DNA from: Nitrosopumilus sp. | GTDB lineage: Archaea; Thermoproteota; Nitrososphaeria; Nitrososphaerales; Nitrosopumilaceae | DNA length: 64,000 nucleotides | NCBI GenBank assembly: GCA_965214775.1 | Contig: OZ243974.1 | Location: forward strand, 1,920,001-1,984,000 | Direction of reading: 5' to 3' | In this document: positions 10,375 to 21,371 of the stretch, one piece after another | How positions within the stretch are numbered: position 1 is the stretch's first letter | How the letters are laid out: every line of letters begins with the position of its first letter | The notes under the pieces: model-generated | Databases searched by the model: none | Seen by the model: the letters and a program-made list of their open reading frames with translations, nothing else | Told to the model about the DNA's origin: nothing | Translations under genes and position numbers: made by a program

Positions 10375-11031
10375 ATGAATCAAACAACGCAAACTAGGGG
10401 GGATGGAGGACGTCCACGAAGGCCAAGACGAGAACCCGAGGAGGAAGTCTGGGTACCAAAAACAATTTTAGGAAAAAAGGTATCCTCCGGCGAAATATCC
10501 ACTCTGGAGGAAATCATTGAATCAGGATTACGAATTCAAGAAGCTGGAATCATCAAAAAATTACTTCCGGATTTGAAAAATGAAGTCGTTGACGTTGGCA
10601 TAATTCAAAAAATGACCTCAAACGGCCAATCAACCAGGTTCAAAGCAATTGTAGCTGCTGGAAATGAAAACGGATATCTTGGCATTGGCCAGGGCAAATC
10701 CAAACAAATGAGAATTGCGATTGAAAAAGCAACCAATGCCGCATATCTAAACGTAAACCCTATCAAACTAGGCTGTGGCAGCTGGGAATGCAGGTGTGAT
10801 CAAAAACATTCTGTCCCGTTCAAGGTCAGAGGAAAAGGCGGAAGCGTCACCATTGAAATCATTCCCGCTCCTCGCGGGCTGGGCCTAGTGGCAGGCGGCA
10901 AAATCAAACGATTGTTGGAACTAGCCGGTCTCAAAGACGCGTGGACTACTGCAAAAGGCTCTACTCCTACGATGAATTCCACTTCTAAAGCAATTTTGGA
11001 CTGTCTTAGGCAGACATTTAGCCAGGGTTGA
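10375..11031 (+). CDS. rps5: 30S ribosomal protein S5 (uS5)
   Basis: WVPKTILG, GCGSWEC, PAPRGLGLVAG. Confidence 0.96.
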   Translation: MNQTTQTRGDGGRPRRPRREPEEEVWVPKTILGKKVSSGEISTLEEIIESGLRIQEAGIIKKLLPDLKNEVVDVGIIQKMTSNGQSTRFKAIVAAGNENGYLGIGQGKSKQMRIAIEKATNAAYLNVNPIKLGCGSWECRCDQKHSVPFKVRGKGGSVTIEIIPAPRGLGLVAGGKIKRLLELAGLKDAWTTAKGSTPTMNSTSKAILDCLRQTFSQG

Positions 11032-11036
11032 TGAAA

Positions 11037-11504
11037 ATGGCTGATGCATATCTTGTTGTTAGGATTAAAGGACAGGCTGATGTTCCGTATTGGGCAACTT
11101 ATACGATGTCACTGCTGAAACTAGACAAAAAATACCGTGCAACAATTCTTCCGGCAAAGGATAACACCCTTGGCATGCTCAAAAAGGTACAACATTACGT
11201 CTCGTGGATTAAACTGGATGCCTCCCTTGCAAAGGAATTGATTGACAAGAAAGCAAGAAAATCCGGATATCGAAAAGTCACTCCCGAAGATCTAAAGGAA
11301 CTTGGATTTGCAAATACTGATGAACTGGCAACTGCACTATCTGAAGGCAAGGCAACCTTGTCAAAACTGAAACCTCTAAAACCGTGGTTTGCTTTGGCGC
11401 CTCCCAGACTTGGATTTAAGAGAAGCACCAAGAGACTGTATGGGCAAAAAGGAGTCCTGGGGCAAAACAAGGAGCTTGATGCCATCGTCAGGAGGATGAT
11501 TTAA
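11037..11504 (+). CDS. rpl30: 50S ribosomal protein L30 (uL30)
   Basis: VVRIKG, GMLKKVQHYVSW, LAPPRLGFK; operon context. Confidence 0.95.
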   Translation: MADAYLVVRIKGQADVPYWATYTMSLLKLDKKYRATILPAKDNTLGMLKKVQHYVSWIKLDASLAKELIDKKARKSGYRKVTPEDLKELGFANTDELATALSEGKATLSKLKPLKPWFALAPPRLGFKRSTKRLYGQKGVLGQNKELDAIVRRMI

Positions 11505-11505
11505 C

Positions 11506-11931
11506 ATGGCAACCAGACTGCGAAAAACAAGGCGGCTCAGAGGCGGACGACACATGGGATGGGGGCAGGTAGGCCAGCATCGTGCAAGCGGTCACAAGGG
11601 CGGTCTTGGAATTACCGGCATGATGAAGCACCACTACAGCACTTTGTTAAAGGATGACCCAGATCATTATGGCCATGATTCAACTAAACCACCTCACCCA
11701 AACATTACAAAGAAATGGGCCAGCGTCCGTGATCTTGATGACTTGTTCGGTAAGTTCGGTAAAGAAGAAGAAGGAAAGAAGATCATCGACCTGCAAAGTG
11801 CGGGATTTGAAAAACTCCTTGGCGGCGGAAAATTAACCAATGCGTATTCGGTCAAAATACCAAAGTTCACATCATCTGCTGAAGAGAAATTAAAGGCCGC
11901 CGGGGGAGAGGTGCTGTCTGACAATGGCTGA
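11506..11931 (+). CDS. rpl15: 50S ribosomal protein L15 (uL15)
   Basis: RLRGGRHMGWG, GHKGG, KLLGGG, SAEEKLKAAGG. Confidence 0.96.
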   Translation: MATRLRKTRRLRGGRHMGWGQVGQHRASGHKGGLGITGMMKHHYSTLLKDDPDHYGHDSTKPPHPNITKKWASVRDLDDLFGKFGKEEEGKKIIDLQSAGFEKLLGGGKLTNAYSVKIPKFTSSAEEKLKAAGGEVLSDNG

Positions 11932-13354
11932 GGGCACTGTCACTAGCTTCATTAGAAAGGCGGTATTCAGGGCCGAGCCATATCTGCCACAGGTTCCAAA
12001 GCCAAAAAAGAAGATTCCCCTGCCGACTCGACTGCTCTGGTGTGGGGTCGCATTGCTTATCTACATGGTCATGGGCCAGACTCCGCTGTTTGGAGCGACC
12101 GCGCCAGAGTTTGATTTTCTTGCCTTTGCAAGGGTTATTTTTGCATCACAGCAGGGTACCCTTGTTGAACTGGGAATTGGACCGATAGTTACGGCGGGAC
12201 TCTTAATGCAATTGCTGAGAGGCTCTGACATTCTCAAATTTGACTTTAAGAAACCTGAAGAGAGAGGCATATTCCAGACTGCGACAAAGATGGTCACTTA
12301 CATTGTAATTGTGGCCGAGTCCATCGTATATGGCGCAGCTGTCTACGGTCCCGGGCTTTCAGATCCCAACATTCTCTATATAATGATAGGGCAGCTGATG
12401 GCGGCTTCTGTCATAATCATGTTCCTAGACGAGCTGATTCAGAAGGGATGGGGAATTGGAAGCGGAATCAGCCTGTTCATTATGGCAGGTGTAGCCCAGC
12501 AAATTCTATGGAGCCTGTTTAGCCCGCTGCCTGCAGGTGACGGGGGAACAATCGGCATTCTGCCGTATATTGGCCAGTCGATTATGAACGGCGATGTCTC
12601 AAACATCTTCTTCCGTTCAAACCAGCTGCCGAGCATATTTGGCCTCTGTCTGACGGCAGGCGTACTGCTGATTCTGGTATTTACCCAGGGAATGAAAATC
12701 GAGATTCCGATTGTATCTACAAAATACAGGGGATTTTCTGCCGTTTATCCAATCAAACTGATGTATGTATCAAACATTCCGGTCATCCTAGCATCCGCAC
12801 TGACTGCAAACGCGGTGTTCATATTCCAGATGCTGTGGGCCAACATGAACCCCAGAAACAATAACTTCTTCATGAATTTTGTCGCGCAGTTTGATCCTAC
12901 CAGTCCCTCGACTCCGATAGGCGGCATCATCTACTATATCACTCCTCCTAGGGGCCTTGATGTTGCCGCGTTGGATCCGGGCCGTGCCGTAGGATATGTC
13001 TTGTTTATGATAGGAATCGTGGTCGTCTTTGGCAAGCTGTGGGTTGAGCTTGGCGGCTTGTCACCAAACAAGGCAGCCCAGAACCTGCTTGATGCAGACG
13101 TGCAGGTTCCTGGATTTAGAAGATCAAACAAGCCCATCGAGTCACTGCTAAACAAGTACATTCCGTCTGTGACAATCATCGGATCCATGATTCTGGGCCT
13201 GCTTGCAGGCGTTTCTGACGTATTGGGCGTGTTTGGCTCGGGAATCGGGGTTTTACTCATGGTGGATATTCTCATCAACTATTACACACAGCTAGTCAGG
13301 GAACAAGTGGAAGTCGTCATGCCGCGTTTGGGTGCGTTACTTGGCAGAAAATAA
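11924..13354 (+). CDS. secY: Preprotein translocase SecY/Sec61alpha
   Basis: ELGIGPIVTAG, KGWGIGSGISLFI, YPIKLMYVSNIP; multi-TM. Confidence 0.97.
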   Translation: MAEGTVTSFIRKAVFRAEPYLPQVPKPKKKIPLPTRLLWCGVALLIYMVMGQTPLFGATAPEFDFLAFARVIFASQQGTLVELGIGPIVTAGLLMQLLRGSDILKFDFKKPEERGIFQTATKMVTYIVIVAESIVYGAAVYGPGLSDPNILYIMIGQLMAASVIIMFLDELIQKGWGIGSGISLFIMAGVAQQILWSLFSPLPAGDGGTIGILPYIGQSIMNGDVSNIFFRSNQLPSIFGLCLTAGVLLILVFTQGMKIEIPIVSTKYRGFSAVYPIKLMYVSNIPVILASALTANAVFIFQMLWANMNPRNNNFFMNFVAQFDPTSPSTPIGGIIYYITPPRGLDVAALDPGRAVGYVLFMIGIVVVFGKLWVELGGLSPNKAAQNLLDADVQVPGFRRSNKPIESLLNKYIPSVTIIGSMILGLLAGVSDVLGVFGSGIGVLLMVDILINYYTQLVREQVEVVMPRLGALLGRK

Positions 13355-13919
13355 AAAGATCATAATGGTGGGGATCCCCGGTGTGGGGAAAACCAGCCTG
13401 CTGTCAAAAATCCAAGAGACTGTCAAAAATCACCAGAAGACTGTCAGCGTAACTAGTTTTGGAACCCTGATGTTTGATGTTGCAAAAGAAAACGGCCTAT
13501 CGGACAGGGACGGTCTTAGAAAACTCCCCGTTTCAGAACAACAGAACTTACAAAAAATTGCCGCCGAAAAGATTGCCGCACAAAATTCAGACATTGTGAT
13601 TATTGACACTCATGCATTTATCAGTTCCCCGGAAGGATACTATCCCGGACTGCCTGAACATGTTCTGAAAATCATCAGCCCTACAAATTTTGTCTCAGTG
13701 TCTGCCAAGCCCGAGGAAATCTATAACCGCAGGATGAAGGATGATACCAGAAACAGAGACAAGATCACCCTTGCCAATATCAAAAAAGAGCTGGACGTCC
13801 AATCAGGCATGATCTCTGCCTGTACCGTTTTGACAGGCGCCCCTGTAAAGCATATCCTAAACGGCGAGGGAAAGATTGACGAGGCAGCAGACAAGATAAT
13901 CAAGGCAATAGGGCTGTAG
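13341..13919 (+). CDS. adkA: Archaeal adenylate kinase
   Basis: GIPGVGKTS, IIDTH, GYYPGLP; follows secY. Confidence 0.94.
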   Translation: MAENKKIIMVGIPGVGKTSLLSKIQETVKNHQKTVSVTSFGTLMFDVAKENGLSDRDGLRKLPVSEQQNLQKIAAEKIAAQNSDIVIIDTHAFISSPEGYYPGLPEHVLKIISPTNFVSVSAKPEEIYNRRMKDDTRNRDKITLANIKKELDVQSGMISACTVLTGAPVKHILNGEGKIDEAADKIIKAIGL

Positions 13920-13974
13920 AGGTGGGCCTTGGCTTGCAACCAAATGAAAATGCTGCAGAAAACGCATGTCATAC

Positions 13975-14057
13975 TAGACTTTATGCGTAATCGACCTGAA
14001 TGAGATGAATTTGTTCATAATAATCCCAGATCTGAGCCGATTATGCATAAAGTCTAA
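13975..14057. mobile_element. 83-bp MITE sharing TIRs with the IS at 5771-8409
   Basis: TAGACTTTATGCGTAATCG...CGATTATGCATAAAGTCTA. Confidence 0.8.
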
Positions 14058-14210
14058 AGTTGAACTTTTGCGTTGGTGTGATGATGTTGTAATTTTCAGG
14101 GGGCGTATGGCGCATCCAGTGTGCCTGCCTGAGAGCGTGGGGGCGGCTTGGCGCCGCTGGAGTGGACGTTCGGCATCCTGGTTGCTTGAGTCATGTTCCG
14201 GTGCCTCCTG

Positions 14211-14817
14211 AGAGTTGATTCGAAATTAGCACGTCTTGATTATTTGTGAACGAATTTGCATAAAGCAGCTCAAAACATCAACAAAACGCAAGATATCTGT
14301 GAAATTACTTGGAAAATTCGCACGGCTTCTAATTCCGGATCACATCTCCGGAACGAAGTGCCAACGGCATGATGATTGGCGCGCCGGCATAAGCACCGTC
14401 CGGGTCATGTCCTGTTAGGGGGGGGGCGGTTGTCGCCTAATTCCACTTGTTTTACTCAACCTACACGTTTTTCTGAATTTCCGCCCTTTTACACGCCTGA
14501 TCCACTGGCATCTCAGCGGTTTTCAGGATTTCTGGCGAATTAGGCGACAACCCCGGTGACATGATGATGATGATGGCAGCAAGCGGTGTGCGATATGAGG
14601 ATTCGTTCCGATCCGGCGCGCAGCTGCAGTCCTGATTCCAAAAAAACATGGCAGATTGTACCAAAATCCAGCTTCCAGAGCCCGATCAGACAGATTCGTG
14701 CCTGGAATCAGGAACAGCTTCCAGAGCCCGATCTGTTACATTTTACTGGCATTTGGATCGGGTTGGTGTACATTATGTGTCTGTTTGATCAAAATTTGCT
14801 AATTTCGAATCAACTCT
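14211..14817. mobile_element. Non-autonomous derivative of the IS5-like element at 61302-62456, with a nested family B MITE (14428-14552)
   Basis: TIRs AGAGTTGATTCGAAATTAGCA / TGCTAATTTCGAATCAACTCT flanked by CTG; about 80 bp at the right end is the reverse complement of 61302-61385. Confidence 0.8.
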
Positions 14818-15166
14818 CTGGGAGATCGAGGTTCTGTTGAAGGCAGGACACCCTAGGCTCATGGCAATAGAGGAGTACCCTCCGCTTGTGAAACCGGATG
14901 ACGTTTACTAACCGGGCTTTTTGACGTGCTGCTTTGGATTTTGTGTTGTTTTTGTCTTGTTATTGAGGAATCCGCCCATTACCCGGTTTCTGTTTTTACT
15001 TGATTTTTTTTTGGCACATTTCACTTGACTGGAAATTAGGTCCTCACGAAGCTATCTCAAATAGCGATTCCAAACTCGACGCAATCAAAATTAGTCATGC
15101 CTGCAGATCCGCATGTATCTGTCTGCGTTACCATGAATCAGGCTACATCTGTGAAGACAGGCTATG

Positions 15167-15287
15167 CAGTCTTCCCAGAAGTACGCGATTCATGACTGTC
15201 CAGATGCCGGCAAGTGAATCTGCAGGCGTCATAACTTGGTTTGCCTCAAATCCGGAGCCGTTTTCCGGGTTACTTCTGGGAAGACTG
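15167..15287. mobile_element. MITE family A copy
   Basis: CAGTCTTCCCAGAAGT...ACTTCTGGGAAGACTG. Confidence 0.8.
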
Positions 15288-15995
15288 CTATGGGAGATAT
15301 CGTTTTATATCGAATCCTCTTTCCACCAGTTTTTCAAATGTTTGAGGCTTGATGCATACAAGTACATTGTTGTTACGTTCAAATAATTCAAGTCCGTCAT
15401 TGCAGTGTATCTTGTTTGATGGAATCCCAAATTCACTTGGCTGAATTTTTGGAGAAGTATGTTTGCCGATGATTCTTTTAGCAATTTCATATCTGCCTTC
15501 GCCTGCAAGTACGATAGAGTCAGTCATATTTTTACCTCCAATATCTAAAGTTGCCTTTCCATTGTCTCCTTTTTCATATATTCGTAAAACCAAATCTTGA
15601 TAGTCATACCTAGTGATATCATTACACATGTTCATGCCAATTCCCAGATTTTTGTCTTCATGATGGCTTTTGTCTCCAACCAGCCAAACGTTTCCTACGT
15701 TGAAATTTCCTATTATGTTTCCAGTGTTAATACTTGCCCACGGATTATTTTGTAAAAACAGTCGAATGAGATAGTCTTCTTCCAACACATTTCTTCCTTC
15801 TTCATAAGTAAATTCTAATCCCTCACAATCCCGTTTGTATTCACATGAATTGAGTAACTCATTTGGATACTTTGAATGGTACTCGCATGCCTCAGTTTGT
15901 TTAGGGGATGTCGCTTCTTCATCACGCAACTCGGCAAAAATCAGCGTACTTGGTACAAGCAATAATAAAAAAAGAAAAAAAAGAAGATATCTCAA
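15288..15995 (-). CDS. Secreted hypothetical protein with Nitrosopumilus-type C-terminal motif
   Basis: Signal peptide; ends SPKIQ...GI...C...CIKPQTFEKLVERG. Confidence 0.65.
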   Translation of the reverse strand: MRYLLFFLFLLLLVPSTLIFAELRDEEATSPKQTEACEYHSKYPNELLNSCEYKRDCEGLEFTYEEGRNVLEEDYLIRLFLQNNPWASINTGNIIGNFNVGNVWLVGDKSHHEDKNLGIGMNMCNDITRYDYQDLVLRIYEKGDNGKATLDIGGKNMTDSIVLAGEGRYEIAKRIIGKHTSPKIQPSEFGIPSNKIHCNDGLELFERNNNVLVCIKPQTFEKLVERGFDIKRYLP

Positions 15996-16048
15996 GTCTT
16001 TCCTACTATCCCTAACATACTTTATATTTTATCGTATGTGATAAACTT

Positions 16049-16169
16049 CAGTCTTCCCAGAAGTTCCCAGAAAAACGGCCCCACATTTGACACAATTCAG
16101 ATTATGATGCCTGCAGATCCGCATGCAGCCGTCTGCACTGCCATGAGTCAGTTACATCTGTGAAGACTG
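16049..16169. mobile_element. MITE family A copy
   Basis: CAGTCTTCCCAGAAGT...ACATCTGTGAAGACTG. Confidence 0.8.
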
Positions 16170-16380
16170 TAAACTTGGAATATCTGCCGCCTTGAGAACA
16201 AGTTGGTTGGTCGCAGAAGCCTGAATCAGCAAGACCTATGTGCATTCCATACACAGTGAAATCTCCTCTAATTATTTTTCCAACCGGGGAACCGCTATCA
16301 CCGGGACATTGATCATATCCAGAGTAGGCATAACCAATTCCCACTGCCGATACTGCACCCACATCATATCCGTAGAGACC
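16170..16380 (-). pseudogene. Trypsin-like (S1) serine protease C-terminal fragment
   Basis: CPGDSGSPV...VYGMHIG motif with no N-terminal half; truncated by a MITE. Confidence 0.45.
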
Positions 16381-16837
16381 TGATTTGCACGCATACTATA
16401 GTACCAACATCAAAAAATGGAATATGATTTTGACACGTCGTGCCTATTTCGCCAAAAAAAAATATTCGATTTTCAACTGCACACACTATGCCCAACTCGG
16501 GTATTGCTTGTGGAATAACCTGTGATGTCGTAATCCAGCCCATAAAGATGAACGGTAATATCCACGGTTTTGCCGGGATTCAGGTTCGGCAAATTCGGCA
16601 TCCTCAGTTGTGATTGCCGTCATATACTCCAGTCTAGAACCCCGATTTTGTGGGAATTCCAAGCAGACATTGGATCGTGTTGAGAATCCGAAACGCCGTC
16701 GTAATCGGCGCTAGGGGCACCCCAAAAAATGAGCGTGATGGATCCAAATCAGGCTTCACACTGCTCGTACTGCCTGCAAAAACAGGAATAAAATCGGAAT
16801 TTTAATAAAATAAGCATATGAAGCGTGTGTGGGAAAA

Positions 16838-17461
16838 ATGGATTTCAACGCTATCTTCTTGTTTATCGAGTCAATCCACCTCCAGCTTGACTTCTTTGGG
16901 GGTGAAAGCGGCGCATTGGGAAGCGACGATCCGATCATCAAGGGATTGATCCTCTCCATGTTTGCAGTCGCCGGATTCGGAATTCTCCTAAACGTGTTTA
17001 ACGCCGCTGTCAGAAAGAAGATGGTCGACCAGGTAAAGCTAAAACGAATAATGAAAGAGACGAGAGCCTACCAAAAGGAAAGGATGGCCGCCATGCGGGC
17101 AAAAGACCAGGAAAAAATGAGCGAGCTTGGCAAAAAATCCGCATACATGAACAAGATGTCCATGGAAATGATGCAGATGAACATGCGCCCGATGATGATC
17201 ACTTTTGTTCCTTTGATTCTGATCTTCTATTTCGTACTGCCACAGCTGTTCTCTTATACCGTTGCAATTTCGCCAATCCCGCTAAATGTCATCCCTGGAG
17301 ATCTCTTCCAGCTTACATGTACTGCCGAGCAGGCAGCCGATCCAGAACATGTCTGCGAAACCGAAAACGCCTTGTTTTTGTGGGCATGGTATTTCCTTTC
17401 ATCAATTGCATTTAGTGGCATTATTATGAAGCTGACAAAAACCTCCATGGATCTCAGTTGA
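16838..17461 (+). CDS. DUF106 / EMC3-TMCO1 (Oxa1 superfamily) membrane protein
   Basis: TM-coiled coil-TM, RPMMITFVP, WYFLSS; typical position between adk and cmk. Confidence 0.9.
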   Translation: MDFNAIFLFIESIHLQLDFFGGESGALGSDDPIIKGLILSMFAVAGFGILLNVFNAAVRKKMVDQVKLKRIMKETRAYQKERMAAMRAKDQEKMSELGKKSAYMNKMSMEMMQMNMRPMMITFVPLILIFYFVLPQLFSYTVAISPIPLNVIPGDLFQLTCTAEQAADPEHVCETENALFLWAWYFLSSIAFSGIIMKLTKTSMDLS

Positions 17462-18018
17462 CCAAGTCAATCGTAATTTCCGGGCCTCCTGCGGTTGGAA
17501 AAACGACTGTGGCAAAGGGACTGGCCGAAGAATTTCAACTGCAATATCTTAGTGGCGGCGACGTCCTAAAGGAGATGGCCAAAGAACAGGGGTTTGATTC
17601 TGACGGAGATAATTGGTGGGACACTCCTGGCGGAATGAAGTTTCTGAGCCAGAGGGAGGAAAATTCGGAATTTGATAGAAATTTGGATAACCGGCTGACT
17701 GAACTTTTTAACAAGGGAGGCATGGTTATTACCAGTTACACGCTGCCCTGGCTGATCTCTGGCGGAATCAAGATCTGGTTGGAGGGCTCCCATGCAAGCA
17801 GTACAAAACGGATGCAGTCCAGGGACAACATGAGCTCTGCTGACGCATATGAAATTACAAAAAAGCGTTTTGACAAAAACAAGGTGTTGTACAAAAAACT
17901 GTACAACTATGATTTTGGCGACGATACGTCCGTTTTTGACGTCATCATCAACACCGACAGTCTTACTGCACGACAGGTCATTGACGTGGCAAAAGAAACT
18001 GTGAGAAAACTGCTATGA
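17458..18018 (+). CDS. cmk: Cytidylate kinase (archaeal)
   Basis: ISGPPAVGKTTVAK, YKKLYNYD, DVIINT. Confidence 0.9.
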   Translation: MTKSIVISGPPAVGKTTVAKGLAEEFQLQYLSGGDVLKEMAKEQGFDSDGDNWWDTPGGMKFLSQREENSEFDRNLDNRLTELFNKGGMVITSYTLPWLISGGIKIWLEGSHASSTKRMQSRDNMSSADAYEITKKRFDKNKVLYKKLYNYDFGDDTSVFDVIINTDSLTARQVIDVAKETVRKLL

Positions 18019-19016
18019 CACTAAAACAACTGGAAAACCTGATCGAAATTGATCAGGACATTACCGATGATGCCTTTGGAACATACTATGATCAACGCAC
18101 TGTAGAGCAGCTGCTAAACTATGGAATCATAATTTTGGACAAGCCGTCAGGCCCTACCAGTCATGAAGCCGTAGCATGGACCAAGCGAATTCTAAAACTG
18201 CCAAAAATCGGCCATAGCGGGACTCTGGATCCTCAGGTCTCCGGGGTTCTTCCCCTGGGTCTGGGCGAGGCCACAAAAGCCCTGGGCGTCTTGCTCTTGG
18301 GCCCCAAAGAATATCATGCACTAGGCAGGATCCATTCCCTTCCATCAAAAGAGAGGCTGTCTGAAACAATTGCGATGTTCCGGGGAGAAATCTTTCAAAA
18401 ACCCCCGCAGCGCTCTGCCGTTGCAAGACAAACCAGGACCAGATCCATCTATGAGCTTGAAGTCCTGGAACAAAAAGAGCGACTGCTGCTTACCCGTATT
18501 CTGTGTGAGGCCGGAACATACATCAGAAAACTGTACTATGACATTGGTGAAGTCCTGGGTCCTGGCGCAACCATGATTGAACTGCGAAGAACTCGGGTTG
18601 ACCAATTTAGGGAAACTGACGGTCTTGTTACCTTGCACCAGCTAGCCGATGCCTTTGCCTTTTGGGAGGAAAAGAATGACGACAGTAAATTGCTGAAAAT
18701 GATAAAGCCAGTCGAACTTGCGCTAAGCGAGATAAAGTCCGTTGTCATTCGCGACTCCGCAGTGGATGCAATGTGCCATGGTGCCCAGCTGGCAATTCCC
18801 GGAATCTTGAAAGTATCTGCCAACCTGAAAAAAGGGGATCTTGTTGGCATCTATACCCAAAAGGGAGAAGCCGTCGCACTGGCCGAATCCACAATGTCTG
18901 AAAGCGAGATTCGCGATGCGGTCAAGGGATATGCCTTTGAAACCAAGAGAATCATCATGGCTCCAAACACCTATCCTAAAAAATGGAGGACAAAGCCAAC
19001 TCCGCCAAGGGACTGA
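18015..19016 (+). CDS. cbf5: H/ACA pseudouridine synthase Cbf5
   Basis: DKPSGPTSHE, GHSGTLDP, CEAGTYIRKL, PUA domain. Confidence 0.96.
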   Translation: MTLKQLENLIEIDQDITDDAFGTYYDQRTVEQLLNYGIIILDKPSGPTSHEAVAWTKRILKLPKIGHSGTLDPQVSGVLPLGLGEATKALGVLLLGPKEYHALGRIHSLPSKERLSETIAMFRGEIFQKPPQRSAVARQTRTRSIYELEVLEQKERLLLTRILCEAGTYIRKLYYDIGEVLGPGATMIELRRTRVDQFRETDGLVTLHQLADAFAFWEEKNDDSKLLKMIKPVELALSEIKSVVIRDSAVDAMCHGAQLAIPGILKVSANLKKGDLVGIYTQKGEAVALAESTMSESEIRDAVKGYAFETKRIIMAPNTYPKKWRTKPTPPRD

Positions 19017-19038
19017 CTTTTTTTGAGGTTTTGAAGGA

Positions 19039-19485
19039 TTGTTTTCCAAAAGTCTTGTAATCTTTGTTGCAATCGGCATTCTAGCCGGCCTGGGATACGG
19101 GGCATACCTGATTGATTTTAAGACAACCAGCCAGCTTGTTTATGTTGAAGGGCCGTCCATCTCGATAGTCACTGAAAAATCCGATTTTAAACTTGGAGAG
19201 CAAATCAATATCAGAATTGTAAATTCCGGAACCGTCCCAGTTATATCCTATGATGTGTCTTATGGCCTGAGGGTTACGGGGCTGTCTGGAATTCTGATGT
19301 ATTCTGCTCCTGCCGGCGAGATAGAATCAACACTGGATCCCGGCGATGAAGTTGGGTTTTCATGGGATCAAACAAAAACTGACGGTGATGCTGCATTGGA
19401 GGGCCTTTACAAAATCTCGGCAAGAGTCTTTGATGGGCAGGGCAACGCTGTTGAAAAATCTACCACTATAACAATCTGGAAGTGA
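19039..19485 (+). CDS. Membrane-anchored Ig-like hypothetical protein
   Basis: N-terminal TM followed by a beta-rich domain. Confidence 0.7.
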   Translation: MFSKSLVIFVAIGILAGLGYGAYLIDFKTTSQLVYVEGPSISIVTEKSDFKLGEQINIRIVNSGTVPVISYDVSYGLRVTGLSGILMYSAPAGEIESTLDPGDEVGFSWDQTKTDGDAALEGLYKISARVFDGQGNAVEKSTTITIWK

Positions 19486-19554
19486 ACCCCAAACAAGCTC
19501 CAAACAGCACAATATATATCGAAATCCTTCCGAATAATTTTGTCGTGAGACAGT

Positions 19555-19652
19555 GCCGGGGTCGCCTAGCCTGGTAGGGCGCGCGCCTGGAAATCATTTA
19601 CCATAAAGCGCGTTCTCGCAAGGGAACGGGAGTTCGAATCTCCCTCCCGGCG
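19555..19652 (+). tRNA. tRNA-Ser(GGA) with 14-nt intron (19593-19606)
   Basis: Cloverleaf: GCCGGGG/TCCCGGC acceptor, CGCGC/GCGCG anticodon stem, long variable arm, GGGAG TTCGAAT CTCCC; TATA-like ATATATAT upstream. Confidence 0.93.
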
Positions 19653-19993
19653 CCTTGTATGTTGTGACGCGCAGGCACAGTGAGCAAGATTCTCTCCCCT
19701 TGGAGTCGCTTGAGATTAGCAAAACCTGGTGATGCACGAACAAATTCGCATACGTCAAATCGGCTACAGCTCCTACAAGTGACACGCCGTCTGCCTGTAA
19801 AACCGCTTGGCAAACTTGCGGAAAAATCCGCGCGCTTGCATCTTCCAATTCCGGATCCCCTCTCTTGAACTCAACCCAACGTCGCATTGGTGTGAAGGAA
19901 AAAGCAGGAGGAGCCGATTGGCACAACTCAAAAAGACGAGTGGAGCTTGCATGGATGAGAATCCGAGCCATTTTTGTTTAAAAACAAATCATG

Positions 19994-21328
19994 TCACTCC
20001 TCATCCTCCTTGAGTTTGGCCGCATCCCCAAAGGAAACCCTGAGTGGCCCATGCCTACCAATTCTCCTTGCAGCCTCGCCTTTTTGCGTTATGGAATATC
20101 TTACGTTTTTGCCCGTTCCTGTCTTTTCTATAAGATTCCACGAGTACAGAGACTTTATGCCTTTTGTTATGGTGCCTCTGTTTCTCTTGGTTTTTGCAAT
20201 CAACTCCTTTGGATCGGATGACTTTTTGCTCAGATGGTTGAGGATCTTCATCTCAATCCCTGTCGGCTCTCTGATCTTGGTTGATTCGAACTTTTCCAAG
20301 TCATTCAGTATCACCTGCATGCCATTTCTTGCCCGCGTCCTTTGTATTGCGCGATAAGAATGCTCAAGCATAAGGTACAGGTTGGGAACATACATGTTGA
20401 CAATTGCCTCTATGACCTCGTCTGGAAATATGCTCTGTGCGATTTTCATTGCACGTGACTCGTTTGGTTCTACGTTTGATATTCCAAGCAACAGCCTGGC
20501 ATAGAGAATTCTTTTGAATTGATCAACTGTTGTGGGCCCTTCAATTTTTTGAGCCTGAGAGAGTCTTCCCAACGATTCTATTGTCTTTTTTTCGATTGAC
20601 TGGCCATATGTGTGAGACAAGGAAATAATCGAGCGCTTGCCCTGAAACCACCCCTGATTTCCATCAAAAAATTCTGACAGCATTGTGTCGTTTGGAACTT
20701 TGTCAAGCTCATCCATCACAAAAACAGGATGAATGTCTGACTCTGTCAGCTTATCAACAATGAAATCGACTGCAATTTTTGGTTCAATGTTTTTGTCTAT
20801 CAGCAGACTGCTCTCTCCATCTTCTCCTATCCCCAATTTATTCAGCAGTGTCGCTAATGCTTTTCTGGCTGCATGTGAGCCGACTGCAACCGGTGGAAAG
20901 ACTAGTCCCAACGCAGAGACGGCCGATGCTGCAATCCAAGGAACATGGGAGCCAACGGCTGATTTTACCTTGCCATGTTTGCTCTCCAAAGAGCCCGCAG
21001 ATATTAATCCGGACAAGACTGCACGATAGAATTTATCGGCAAGCTCAGACTGGTTTGAAACGCTGTTTGCCCCAACAACTTCGACAATTACAGGCAGGAA
21101 CTTTCTGCCGGGACTTCGCAAGCCGTGCCACAGGACAGCCTGCATCATCGTTGTCTTGCCAATTCCCCTTACGCCGTATATCGACACGCTTCTGCCGTGC
21201 TCAAAGACCTGCGTTGCAAGCTCCTTTGGAGTCTCATCGATGTCCTGGTACAGCAATCCAAAAAGTTCGTCATCATATCTGAGAAGCCAGGATGTAACAT
21301 GTTGTTGGGCAGCTAGCAGACTGTTCAT
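19994..21328 (-). CDS. P-loop AAA+ ATPase with C-terminal winged helix (archaeal ATPase / Orc1-Cdc6-like architecture)
   Basis: GVRGIGKTT, FVMDELDK, C-terminal wHTH (ELIAKTKRNRGTITKGIKSL...RYSITQKG). Confidence 0.75.
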   Translation of the reverse strand: MNSLLAAQQHVTSWLLRYDDELFGLLYQDIDETPKELATQVFEHGRSVSIYGVRGIGKTTMMQAVLWHGLRSPGRKFLPVIVEVVGANSVSNQSELADKFYRAVLSGLISAGSLESKHGKVKSAVGSHVPWIAASAVSALGLVFPPVAVGSHAARKALATLLNKLGIGEDGESSLLIDKNIEPKIAVDFIVDKLTESDIHPVFVMDELDKVPNDTMLSEFFDGNQGWFQGKRSIISLSHTYGQSIEKKTIESLGRLSQAQKIEGPTTVDQFKRILYARLLLGISNVEPNESRAMKIAQSIFPDEVIEAIVNMYVPNLYLMLEHSYRAIQRTRARNGMQVILNDLEKFESTKIREPTGIEMKILNHLSKKSSDPKELIAKTKRNRGTITKGIKSLYSWNLIEKTGTGKNVRYSITQKGEAARRIGRHGPLRVSFGDAAKLKEDEE

Positions 21329-21371
21329 TTTTTATGCCTCCATTGACCCGTCCAGATTTAAGGTGCTGATC

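Noticed and set aside
19594-19971. ORFs overlapping the tRNA-Ser 3' end as an integrase fragment
   Set aside because: No tyrosine recombinase motifs recognised.
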